From contig CM059425.1 of the NCBI GenBank assembly GCA_030390025.1, positions 163,310,001 to 163,374,000 on the forward strand: DNA of 64,000 bases, written 5' to 3'. The DNA is from Squalus acanthias (Eukaryota). The position numbers and the translations under genes were made by a program. The notes beneath the pieces were generated by a model that was given only the letters and a program-made list of their open reading frames with translations, was not told where the DNA came from and did not search any database. This document shows positions 25,140 to 37,001 of the stretch, one piece after another (the stretch's first letter is position 1; each line of letters begins with the position of its first letter).

Positions 25140-26561
25140 CAGTGTTGTCCAATAGAAATTGCTGACCAGCTACAGGTATGGCTATAACGGCACCATTTTA
25201 GCCACATTCACTAAATTTAGTAGAAAACGTCTTATACAAATAAATGTACTTTTTATATATATATATATATAGTTAACAAACATCTACCACCATTTAGTGT
25301 GAAACTTTGCAGTCTTTCTCTTCCACCAAAGTTTGGAATTTTGACAAAGCACATCTTTTGCCCAGCAGTTGTGAGTGGTACTTCGCCTTCGTCAGAGTGA
25401 TTGTTGAGAATGTTGACTTGCACAACAAGATCTGACAGTCCCACCTTGCTCTCTATGTAGAACAGCTGGATGCTGTTTTCTCTTTGCCATGACCTGCCCT
25501 GCTGGGCTGCTAGTTATTGGTTGTGCATGCTTTTTTCTGCTGGCTTGCAGTGATTATTCGATTGGCTGAACTGATCCCACCTTACAATGTCAATGGTTTT
25601 TCCATGATGCTGAAGTTGCACATTTTCATCAGTGTTACACTTCTTTTTAGGCAGTCCCTCAGAACCGAGGATGACTTGCTTCCACATTAAAAATGAGTTC
25701 TCAGGTGACTGATGAGTCCAATGCGGGACCTACAGTCTCTGTCACAGGTGGGGCAGACGATGGTTGAAGGGGCAGGTGGGTGGGGTGCTTGGGTTGACGT
25801 GCAGTCCTTCTGCTTGGCTTCCGCTTGCTCCCGGTGAAGAGACTCGAGGTGTTCGGCGCCTTCCCGGATGCTTCTCCTCCACTTTGTGCGGTCTTGGGCC
25901 AGGGATTCCCAGGTGTCGGTGGGGATGTTGCACTTTTTCAAGGAGGCTTTGAGGGTGTCCTTGAAGCGTTTCCTCTGCCCACCTGGGGCTCTCTTGTCGT
26001 GTCGGAGCTCCGAGTAGAGCGCTTGTTTTGGGAGTCTCGTATCGGGCATGCGGACGATGTGACCCGTCCATCGGAGCTGATCGAGCGTGGTCAAAGTTTC
26101 AATGCTGGGGATGCTGGCCTGAGCGAGAACAGTGACGTTGGTGCGCCTATCCTGCCAATGGATTTGCAGGATCTTGCGGAGGCAGCGTTGGTGGTACCTC
26201 TCCAGTGCTTTGAGGTGCCTGCTGTATATGGTCCATGTCTCTGAGGCATACAGGAGGGCAGGGATCACTACTGCTCTGTAGACCATTACACACCATTTTA
26301 GCAGATAACAAATAAGCAGTAACCAAGGAAGTAAAGCACATACAATGATCAAAAAACACTCGCACTCTCTGCTTTTCATCTTGCCGTTTTACCAGCAAAT
26401 GCACAAAAAGGTTAAAGTACACATGATAAACTGTGCGGATATGAGTATTGAGATGGTGTCTATTACTCATTTTTTTATTTGCTAATCAAAAATGCAAATA
26501 GCTACATCTGGATTCACACTTGGCCACATGTGGCTAGTGGCTAACATATTGGACAACACTG
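25140..26561. mobile_element. hAT (Charlie/MER3-MER33-like) non-autonomous element, interrupted by RTE
   Basis: 15-bp TIR CAGTGTTGTCCAATA / TATTGGACAACACTG, 8-bp TSD CCGTAAAA / CCATAAAA; subterminal GCCACATGTGGCTAGTGGCTA. Confidence 0.8.
25641..26285 (-). mobile_element. RTE-clade LINE, 5'-truncated
   Basis: MVYRAVVIPALLYASETWT..QLRWTGHIVRMPDTRLPKQ..GGQRKRFKD..CPTCDRDCRSRIGLISHLRTH (RTE C-terminus with C2H2 motif); possible TSD TTACAC. Confidence 0.9.
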
Positions 26562-26889
26562 CCATAAAAAAGTACCGTTGGTGCAATTAACATAGTTTAG
26601 GGGTGAACACTACAGCTCACATATTTGTTTATGTTACTCCCGTTTACAGATCATTTCAGTAGAAATACTATTTTTCATTCCTCAGGTGGCTATAATATAC
26701 CTGGGATTGCACCAGTGATGTCAGATTTGGAAACTCATCCTTGGCCTCCTCTACAATGCCCAATGCAGCCCGTTGGATGACAGTAGCTGCAAGAGAAACA
26801 GAGTAGCACAGAAACCAGAGCCATTAGCTCAGGCAGATCAAAACAGGACTTCACATGCACCATCAAAACATGAACCAACAAATACGGCA

Positions 26890-27655
26890 TTTTTTTTAAT
26901 GGTGAGAGGCTGAGAAATATTGGTATTCAGAGGGACCTGGGTGTCCTTGTACACAAATCACAGAAAGTTAACATGCAGGCACAGCAAGCAATTAGGAAAG
27001 CAAATGGTATGTTAGCCTTTATTACAAAAGGATTGAGGTATAAGAATAATGAAATCTTACTGGAATTATATAGGGCCTTGGTGAGACTACACCTGGAGTA
27101 CTGTGTACAGTTTTGGTCTCATAACCTAAGGAAGGATGTACTTGCCTTAGAGGAAGTGCAACAAAGGTTCACTAGACTGATTCCTGGGATGGGGGGATTG
27201 TCCTATGAGGAGAGATTGAGTAGACTCGGCCTATATTCCTAGAATTTAGAAGAATGGGAGGTGATCTCATTGAAATGTATAAAATTCTTAAGGGGCTTGA
27301 CAGGGTAGCTGCTGGGAGGATGCTTCCCCTGGCTGGGGAATCTAGAACCAGGGGTCACAGTCTCAGAATAAAAGGTCAGCCATTTAGGACTGAGATGAGG
27401 AGAAATTTCTTCACTCAAAGGGTTGTGAATCTTTGGAATTCTCCACCCCAGAGAGCAGTGGATGCTCAGCCATTGAGTATATTCAAGACAGAGATTGATA
27501 GATTTTTGGATACTAAGGGGCTCGAGGGATATGGGGATAGGGTGGGAAAGTGGAGCTGAGATAGAAGATTGGCCATGATCGTTTTGAATGGTGGAGCAGG
27601 CTTGAATGGCTGAATAGCCTACTACTGATCCTTTTTTTTATGTTCTTATGTTCTT
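26890..27655 (+). mobile_element. CR1 (HER1-like) 3' fragment
   Basis: MQAQQAIRKANGMLAFI..RRNFFTQRVVNLWNS; tail TATGTTCTTATGTTCTT. Confidence 0.9.
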
Positions 27656-27749
27656 CTGGCAGAATTTAAATATATATGATACAACAAAATTTAAAGCTTC
27701 TAAACAGGTATTAAACATAATAGAGATAAAAAGAAAAAGCATGAATTTT

Positions 27750-27940
27750 GGAAATCAGAAATAAAAGCAGAAAGTGCGGGAAATATACAGCAGGTCAACC
27801 AGCATCTGAACAGGGGAAATACAGATTAACAATTTAGTTAGACCCTTTGTCAGAACTAGTTCAGGAATTGTTATCCTACCTTATCGCTTTTCAGATGGTG
27901 ATGAATCTGCTGTAAATTTCCAGGTTTTTCTCTTCTTAGC
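27750..27940. mobile_element. Highly decayed Penelope-type palindromic repeat
   Basis: GCAGAAAGTGCGGGAAATATACAGCAGGTC..GACCCTTTGTCAGAACTAGTTC resembles 49730-49830. Confidence 0.45.
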
Positions 27941-28697
27941 AAACTAAAGCCTCCAATAAGAGATCTTTGTACTTATGAAGTAATTAAGATGAAGGGTGTT
28001 AAAGTTAGGAATGGAATGCTTTCCATTTTAGCCCTCCCAGGTCAAATATTAGGAAATTAAATGCAGAATAAAGCTCCTTCTAGAATTTCTCAATCTCAGG
28101 ACAGCATTCCCCACTGCATTTTTTCCATTTCCCACATCAGCCACTTTGTGAAACTGTTAAGCTGGGAGCATTTTTATGCTTTAGACCCCTGCCCACTGAG
28201 AACTGCATTGAGAATGCCAAGTCCATTTCAGATAGATCTCTCTTAGAGGAGACTTTCATTCTGTTAGTCTGATCTGGATTTGAAGCCAAACCTCAGAGTG
28301 AAAGGTGAGCATCTAACCCCATTGTGCCAGCACGCCTGCAATAAAAGTTAATCAACAAGTCATTTGTTTTCACTTAACTTACCATGCCCTGAAAACTTAG
28401 AGAGAAGCTCACCACATAGCCACCCTATTGGTCTTGTGAACATGCTAGTGTCAATTCCAGTGGGCCTTCCCAGAAGATGAGCACGTTATTACAGTAAAAT
28501 GGTCAGTGGGTGTTTCTTAGTAAAGACTCTTAAAAAAAATGATTACAATGCAGCCCCAGGGAGTCTTGTGCCTGTGACTGAGCCACTCCTCAGTGCAGCA
28601 ATCGGTCATAATATCAGCCCATTGTGATGCAGCAGCAGCTGCAGGGAAATTACTCATGATGGTTTTAACAGTAACTTTGCAGTTTACACGTGTGGAT

Positions 28698-28885
28698 TAA
28701 GTGTCAGCTTGGCATAGCTTGTACTACTCTATCCTCTGAGTCAAAAGGTTGTAGGTTCAAGTCTCACTTCTAGGACTTGACTGTCTAATCCCATGCAGTA
28801 CTGAGGAAGTGGTGCCTAGTCATAGGTGGTACCCTTTGTGTGAGATGTTAAGCTGGGATCCCTGTCTCACTGCTCAGGTGAATGC
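28698..28885 (+). mobile_element. tRNA-headed Deu-type SINE, 5' fragment
   Basis: AGTGTCAGCTTGGCATAGC..CCTCTGAGTCAAAAGGTTGTAGGTTCAAGTC matches the head of the SINE at 41386-41802. Confidence 0.6.
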
Positions 28886-29255
28886 TAAATGTGGTTGGAC
28901 TGAAGGGTCTCCTTCATTCAAACCTATCATGTGAGATATACAGGGTTGAGGGGGGATCTATTCTTTTCATAACAGTACTGTGAGGGACGTGCTGAATTTT
29001 CAACTTCGGCAGGTGTATAAAAGTGACGACATTGGATTGACTGCCCATTATATACCCCACCCAATTTTTGGGTAGGGAAATTAGGCAGGGTGTATAAAAA
29101 GTAGCTGATCCGATACTGCCAGTTTTATGGCCCGCTAAATTTGAAATTTCCACCCTAAGACTCTAATATTTGCTCTCGTGGCTTTTAAGGCAATCTGATC
29201 CCCTACAGAAAATGAAAGCCTTATTACTCAGTTTCGACCATCTATAATATATGTA

Positions 29256-29591
29256 CAGGAAACTCTTTATTAACCGGCACCGACGGGACCGGCGTGGTGC
29301 CGGTTTATCGAAAGTACCGGATAACGGAGAGTTATATCTACCGAGGCTATTTTTAACAAAGAAAAATAAATAAATCAAGAAATGTGCAGTATACTTCCGA
29401 CAGCGCCAGGAGGCCGAGTAGTGGCACTTTTGAAAACTACCCCTACTGACTAAATCGGCGTTCGCGGACTCGGACTTGGACTCGGGATCGGCAACATTGC
29501 CGGTTATTTGAGAGGAGTTTTCGGAGGATGATTTTTGCCGGTTAAGCGAGAATTCCGGATATTTGGGTGCCGGATAAACAAAAGTTTCCTG
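29256..29591. mobile_element. Tc1/mariner (pogo/Tigger-like) MITE
   Basis: TA|CAGGAAACT...AGTTTCCTG|TA; related to 42940-43224. Confidence 0.75.
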
Positions 29592-30121
29592 TATCTGATT
29601 AAAATACAACATCACTGTGTGCACCTCTTGACTGGAACCACCATATTCTGTGCAGTCCTTGGGTTGAGCACGCTGATGTAAATGTCTCAGGACTTATTGG
29701 AACCAAGGTTTTGTTTAGAACAGAATGAAGTCAAATCAGTTGGAATATTTGCTTTAAGTGGATCTTATTTTCCCCGCTTCAGTCCCTGTGTTTAAATATT
29801 CTCCAAAGTATGAGAAGAAGAATTGTATGGCTGAGCTTTATCCTAAAGAAACTAGGCATTCCATTAAAGAGAAACAATGCAACACAAACTGATGTCCTTC
29901 CTATGCAAAACCACCCGCAGGTGATATCCCATATATAAATTGGAGGTCTCATAATAAAAGTGAAAGTTCTCAAGTATAATCCTGGTTATGCAAGGTTAAC
30001 TGAATTCCCATCATAAAGGTAGTTTTCCACTTCTCTGAGGGAGTAGGTAATGGTGGAAAGATATGACAACAAAATCATCAGCTAGCGTGCATCATGATTA
30101 GTGTGTTTGTGTATTTTTAAA

Positions 30122-30380
30122 GATCCATAGGATCATAGAATAGTTACAGCACAGAAGGAGGTCATTTGGCCCGTCAAGCCTGTGCCAGCTCTCTGCAAGA
30201 GCACATCAGCTTGTCAAACCCGCCCGTCCTTTCCCCGTAGCCCTGCAATTTTTTTTCCTTCAGGTACTTAGCCAATTCCCTTTTGAAAGCCATGATTGAA
30301 TCTGCTGCCACCACCCTTTCAGGCAGTGCATTCCAGATCCTAACTACTCGCTGCGTAAAGAAGTTTTTCCTCATGTCGCC
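30122..30380 (-). mobile_element. CR1 3' end fragment
   Basis: MRKNFFTQRVVRIWNALPERVV; ATCATAGAAT tail. Confidence 0.8.
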
Positions 30381-31344
30381 GTTGGTTATGAATGAAAAGA
30401 TACCTGCTGCCAGGCAAGGAGATTAATATTTGCTCTGATATATTTTTGGAAGATTGTATGTTCCTAAAACAAATAAAACTGTACGGTTTAACTTAGACTC
30501 AAACCCTGAACATGCCACATCCCACACCAAATCCTTCCCCCTGTTGGGTTGAATGCTGAAAAGACTTACATCAGGTAAATAAGGACTTTTCCACACACAT
30601 TCTGGTTCTGCGTCCATTCTGAGCAGTGATCTGGTGTGCTACATTGGCTGCCATTATGATCCCCTGAAATGGCCTCTCCTGGCTGTTGGTCTTGCCTCTT
30701 GGAAACCAATAACTCTCCTGTACAATGTAAAGCAGTAACAATTTTCACTGCCAGCAGAGAGAAGCTAAATCACCCAAATGTGGTGTAGCCACCCCCACCC
30801 CCCAACTATCATCACCAGTATGCGCGTGAAGAATCAATGGGACATATGTCAGTGAGAGTGAGTGCTGCTCAGCTTCTGCTTGTCTGGAAAGTACCAAGCA
30901 ATCTGGAACCCCTTCTGGGATACCTAACTAACGAGGGGGCTGAAATTCCACAGCCTATCCGGTGGACGGGCTGGAAATTAGATCCTCCACCACAAACCCC
31001 AAATAAGGTCACCTACGTCAAAGGGGGCGTGGTCGGGGAGGGACTCTCAGGTCAGATGTTGCCTTGTTCCCAGCCTAGGAATCCAGCGGCGAGCTAGTAC
31101 ACCCAGGGAAAGTAGGCAAGCCAGCCTGCCAACCAGCATATGTGATTCCGAGGCAGGAGTACCACCATTGAGCCAAGGCTGACACCTAAAGTGTGTGGTT
31201 AACCAAAGAAGGGTAGAATTAAGAATTACTAAGTACATCCTTCATTAACTTATATGGTCTACATTATAAAGACTGCTAGATGCAGAAACAAAGTGAAAAG
31301 ATATAACTAACAAAAACATAGACAAGGGAGCTGAATTCCAGAGA

Positions 31345-32525
31345 TGAGGTGAGAGTGACTGCCCTTGACATCAAGGCAGCATTTGGCCAAGTGTGGCATC
31401 AAGGAGCCCTAGTAAAACTGAAGTCAATGGGAATCGGGGAGAAAACTCTCCACTAGCTGAAGTCATACCTAGCACAAAGGAAGATGGTTGTGGTGGTTGG
31501 AGGTCAATCATCACAGCCCCAGGACATCGTTGCAGGAGTTCTTCAGGGCAGTGTCCTCAGCCCAACCATCTTCAGCTGCTTCATCAATGACCTTCCCTCC
31601 ATCATAAGGTCAGAAGTGGAGATGTTCGTTGATGACTGCACAGTGTTCAATGCCATTCGCAACTCCTCAGATAATGAAGCAGTCCATGCCCGCATGCAGC
31701 AAGACCTGGATGACATTCAGGCTTGGGCTGATAAGTGGCAGGTAACATTCGCACCACACAAGTGCCAGGCAATGATTAGCTCCAACAAGCGAGTGTCTAA
31801 CCACCGCCCCTTGACATTCAACGGCATTACCATCGCCGAATCCCCCACCATCAACATCCTGGGAGGTCACCATTGACCAGAAACTTAACTTGACCAGCCA
31901 CATAAATACTGTGGCAACAAGAGCAGGTCAGAGGCTGGGTATTCTGCGGCGAGTGTCTCACCTCCTGACTCCCCAAAGCCTTTCCACCATCTACAAGGCA
32001 CAAGTCAGGAGTGTGATGGAATACTCTCCACTTGCCTGGATGAGTGCAGCTCCAACAACACTCAAGAAACTCGACACCATCCAAGACAAAGCAGCCCGCT
32101 TGATTGGCACCCCGTCCACCACCTTAAACATTCACTCCCTCCACCACCGGCGTACCGTGGCTGCAGTGTGTACCATCTACAAGATGCACTGCAGCAACTC
32201 GCCAAGGCTTCTTCAGCAGCACCTCCCAAACCCACGCCCTCAAACGCCTAGAAGGACAAGGGCAGCAGACGCATGTGAACACCACCACCTCCAAGTTCCC
32301 CTCCAAGTCACACACCATCCTGACTTGGAAGTATATCGCCGATCCTTCATCATCGCTGGATTAAAATCCTGGCACTCCCTCCCTAACAGCACTGTGGGAG
32401 TACCTTCACCACACGGACTGCAGCGTGTTCAAGAAGGCGACTCACCACCACCTTCTCAAGGGCAACTAGGGATGGGCACTAAATGCTGACCATGCCAGCG
32501 ACGCCCACATCCCATGAACGAACAA
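31345..32525 (+). mobile_element. CR1-group LINE family B, 5'-truncated RT fragment
   Basis: ALDIKAAF, GVLQGSVLSPTIFSCFINDLP, FAPHKCQAM, YKAQVRSVMEYSPLAW; family 3' end. Confidence 0.9.
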
Positions 32526-32639
32526 AAAGATTTACAGTTAGCACTGATGGCCCTATACATTTTATTTAACAGATTAAGCATTAAGTTCAACAGGAGTTAT
32601 ATTACTTGCCTTATCTAGCCAATTTATGACAATCTCCTG

Positions 32640-33185
32640 GGCTATTTAGATTTGACAGGAAGACCTGTCAAATCTATGAATAGAGATCGGCCCCAAAACC
32701 ACACTCAAACTTCAAATAAATTTTAAAAAAACATCACATTTTTAAAATAACTATAAATTACATAAATTAACTACTTTAAACAAAAATTTAAATTTTTGAA
32801 AAAATTAATTAAACTTTTTAACGGTGCTAAAAATAAACTTACCTTTCTTTAAAGTATGTAAAAAAGATAAACCTGTTGAAAAAAATGTTTAAATTGTAAT
32901 TAATTAACCACCTACCTTGTTAAAAACAGGCCTTGCGCCTCCTTTTTAGAAGTGCAGCTTCTCCATACTTACCCTCACGAAGAAACCTGAAAAAAAAAAC
33001 GAAGTCCGCTGCGTGCACGCAGCCTCTCCCGCGCACGCGTTCAACTTCTGAACCCCTTCCTTCAGGTGATCGGAAGTTCCGGTTTCCCGCGCATGCGCAG
33101 TGCATGCAGGAAACCGGCACTTCAGGTGGCCTTACAGGTGAGTACACAGCGCGTACTCACCCGACAAGAGCCGAATTTCTGGCGA
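32640..33185. mobile_element. Truncated Harbinger-type MITE related to 23842-24567, opposite orientation
   Basis: Reverse complement GGGTGAGTACGCGCTGTGTACTCACCTGTAAGG..GTGCCGGTTTCCTGCATGCACTGCGCATGC aligns by eye with 23865-23940; AT-rich core. Confidence 0.6.
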
Positions 33186-33809
33186 TCTATTAGTTGACAA
33201 AATGCTTTAAATCTGAGAATTCACTTTCAGTTTTGCGAGCAGTAAAATTTCACATAATAGAATATGTTACAGTTTTTGGGTCATTTATGCTTAGAAATTG
33301 ATTGTATTTACCTGCACGCTCAGGTTTTCAAATAATCGCAACCACAACTGAAAATGATCTGGAATATTGGTGTATTCAAATGATAGATATATCTATTTGA
33401 CAACTGTTTATTTTTAGTTTGTTTTTTGATAATAAGTAATGACAGTTTAACAAAAAGAGCCTCTCCATTGCATTACCAATTTAGTTCAGTGTGTTGAGTC
33501 CAATGTGTCAGTAACAGTGACCATAGCTTCAAAACTCCACTGTTACGTTATTAAGTTAGCAACAGTGTCTGATCTTAAATACTTAACTACATTGAAGTCA
33601 TTGTGAAATTATCAGTAGGGCATATGTAATTAGTAACTATCAACGTCCATAAATTGAAACAAAGCATGCCGAGATAGCGATAGCGAGAGCGATAAGAAAA
33701 TAAATTATGTATTTACATGCATTCATACTTTAATTCCATTTCAAAATAGCACTGCTTTTCAGATAACAATGCAGTATTGCTTTGCACATTTTTAAACTTT
33801 CTCCGCATA

Positions 33810-34137
33810 CAAACTAGAGGTTTTCCATTTAGAACATCAAAGGTATCATCCAAACTCTGGTTCAAATATTTCAAGAATTAATTCCCATCTCTGCTGGCAT
33901 ACCAAGTGAGATTGCATCCAAACCAGTTGTCTGAAATGTTGTACGCAATGCCATAGCCATCATGTGTGACTGGCGCAAATCCACCAATTTCAACAGCTGA
34001 GCTATTCAGTGTGCTGGTTGAGAGGATGATATTATTGAATTGGATGTAGGCAGGATCTTTGTACAATTCAGGTAGAGACCTACCCATAGACTCTGACAGA
34101 CACTGCATTGCGAACAAATGACGATCAAATCCATTGC
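33810..34137 (-). pseudogene. CPT2: CPT2-like last exon (exon 5 equivalent)
   Basis: tag|GC AAT GGA TTT GAT CGT CAT = (G)NGFDRHLFAM..PELYKDPAY..ILSTSTLNS..GGFAPVTHDGYGIAY..WFGCNL..RDGN*FLKYLNQSLDDTFDVLNGKP; premature TAA at 33878-33880. Confidence 0.9.
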
Positions 34138-37001
34138 CTACAGAGTAATTTAAAAATCAATATATGTGTTATATAATGCATATTAAAAGTATAATAAAAT
34201 ATATCAGAGTATAATCACAATAAATGGTGAAGTGTGAATTAAGTTTTTTACAGGTGATTTGTAGGAAGTCTAGAAGGGGGTCGCAAGTGCTCTGATCCTT
34301 CTTTCTAATGGCCCAGAATTTGCTGGAGCCGGACACCTTGTGACGTACCCCATTAGTTAGAATTTTTCTCTCAAACTTCAGCTCAAAAATGTTTTGCGCT
34401 GCAAATTGCTGGATGTGCGAGCTGATAACAAGGGCTACGAGGCATGTGGGACCTTGGTGAATGACGGGAGCAACAGCCGATTTCCTTAACCAATGGGATT
34501 TAACGATTCAGAAAGAACCAGAGGAACAATGGAGAAGAAAATATGGTAAATTAGAGTAAAATTAAGCACAGAAAGAGAAATAAAGGCCGGAATTTTCATG
34601 CTGCTGTGTGTGCAGGATTGGAGGCGGGTCGGGAGTAAAAGTTGGAATAAAGCCGTCATCCCGCCTCTTCGCACCTTTAACTCAGGCTCTTTTGCCAGCG
34701 CGGCACGGACCCAAATGGCAGAGGCAGGCGACCTCATTTAGATCATTATTACTTTGTTGTCAGACCCTTAACCATGTTTTTAACCAGACCTTTTGAATTT
34801 CACTCCATGACCACGGGAATCACACAGCTCGGGAACCATGTCTGTCAAGCTAAGGTGGTGGCTCAGTGGCCATTGAGTGAGTTCATTACTGCAGAGCATG
34901 AAAAGCACAATAAATACTGCTCCATGGCACCTGCTTACTTTCCTAACAGAAAGACTCTTGCTGAGTGCATTTTGAGCACAGATTTAGGTGTCTAGAGTTT
35001 GCAAGTCTTTTCTGCAAATTGGGAAGCCATTCTCACCTCATTGCTACTACCTATCAGATCATTGACAGATTGCTTCTCTGATCTCTACTTGACCTGCCAT
35101 CTATTATGTCAGCATGGGTGCCTTTATACTGTCTCAACCTGGTCCTCAGAATCAGACCACGATGAGCCCCAACACCAGCAGCAGGCACACCAGCAGCAGC
35201 AACAGCAACACCACCAACTTTCTCCTCAATGACCTGATGCTCCACAGGACAGAGGACATCAGTGCAGGGCTGCACCGCACTGGAGGCGATACCCCCAACA
35301 CAGGGTATACAGGCAGAGGATGAGCTTCCTCACATGACTGAGCACCAGTGTCAAAGGAGGCTCAGGCTATCGTGCCAGGTCATCGCAGACATTTGCACAT
35401 TGCTGGAACAAGACCTGCAGCCCAGAGGACCCGGTGGACATGCCTTACCAGTGACTGTCAAAGTCACCACCGCCCTCAACTTCTTCGCCTCAGGCTCTTT
35501 CCAGGGATCTGCAGCAGACATTTGCAGCATCTCGCAGTTGGCTGCCCACAGATGCATCACACAGGTCACCCTCTTTGACAAGTCAGCCAATTATATCAAC
35601 TTTGCCACTGATGAAGCCAGTGTTACTGAGCAGGCGCTCGGATTTGCCGTTCTGGCTGGCTTCCCAAGGGTGCAGGGCGTCATCGACTGCACACGTGGCC
35701 ATCAGGGCACCCCCACATCACCCAGGAGTCTTTGTCAACCGCAAGGGCTTCCACTCCCTCAATATGCAGATGAGCCTGCAACCATAGGAAGATCATCATG
35801 CATGTATGCGCCAAATTCCCTGGCAGCTGTCATGACTCTTTCGTGCTGCGCCAGTCCACTCTCCCTCAGCTCTTTGCACCTCCAAACACACTTTCCGGCT
35901 GGCTGCTTGGAGACAAGGAGTATCCACTGAACACGTGGCTCATGACATTCTTGAGGAGGCCAAGTATTGATGCCAAGGAGAGATAATAAAAGCCACATGT
36001 CCACCAGATGTGTCATAGAGCAAACAATAGGCATGCTGAAAATGCACTTCAGAAGACTTGACAGATCTGGAGGAGCCCTTCAGTACGCACCAGCCAGGGT
36101 CTCCAGAATCATTGTCGTCTGCTGCTCGCTGCACAACATAGCACAGCAACAAAGATTAGCTGCATGAGGAGCAAGGCTCAGAGCGCACAGCCTCTTCAGA
36201 GGAGGAGGAGGAGGAGCATTAGCTGGAAGATGATGAGGAGGAGCAGGAGGAACCTAAGGTCCAGATGCCAAAAGCACCTGAGCACATTGCTGCCCAGGAG
36301 GCCAGGGATGGCCTCATCATGGCCAGATTTACTTATTCAGGCATTACACCCACATGGCTGTGCCAGGTCCCCCCCCCACCCCAATAACAACACCATAAAG
36401 CATCCCTACAATGACCAAGCCGTTCCTTTCATACTGACCCCCATTGCTGGGGGTAACGTTATGTCTCACCATTCACTTCAACCTCACTAAGCCACTTCCA
36501 AAGTAGCAGACAAAAATGGGCATGACCGGAAAGTGGTGAAAATAAATAGTTTTATATGTGACATAACAAACAGTAACAAAAACGCTTCTTTAAACATCCA
36601 TGTGCTTCCCCTTGTGCATTTACTTCTGTGTCATTTTTCCTTTATGCGAACTTCTATGAGGTGCAACCCCTGTGGCTTCAGCAGAGGTAGACACAGCCTA
36701 CTCACTTCCCTGCTGCGGCTGTGTAGACGCTTTTGGCGGACGTCCTCTGGGTTTTGGAGCCTCTGATGGCCTCACCAAAGACTGCTCCTCCTGCGACTGT
36801 GCAGGGGCAGACCCGGCCATCACGATCCCAGGAGGCATTGGGGCTCTGACTGAGAACGGGGGAGAGGTGAGAGTGCTTTGAGAAGAGCCCCCACTTCCAT
36901 TTCCTCTCTCACCATCATCCTCTCATGGGCCACCCGCACTTCCCTCCTAGCAAGGAGTTGGAGAGCACCTTGCTGCACAGCAGTGGGACCATGAGGACCC
37001 A

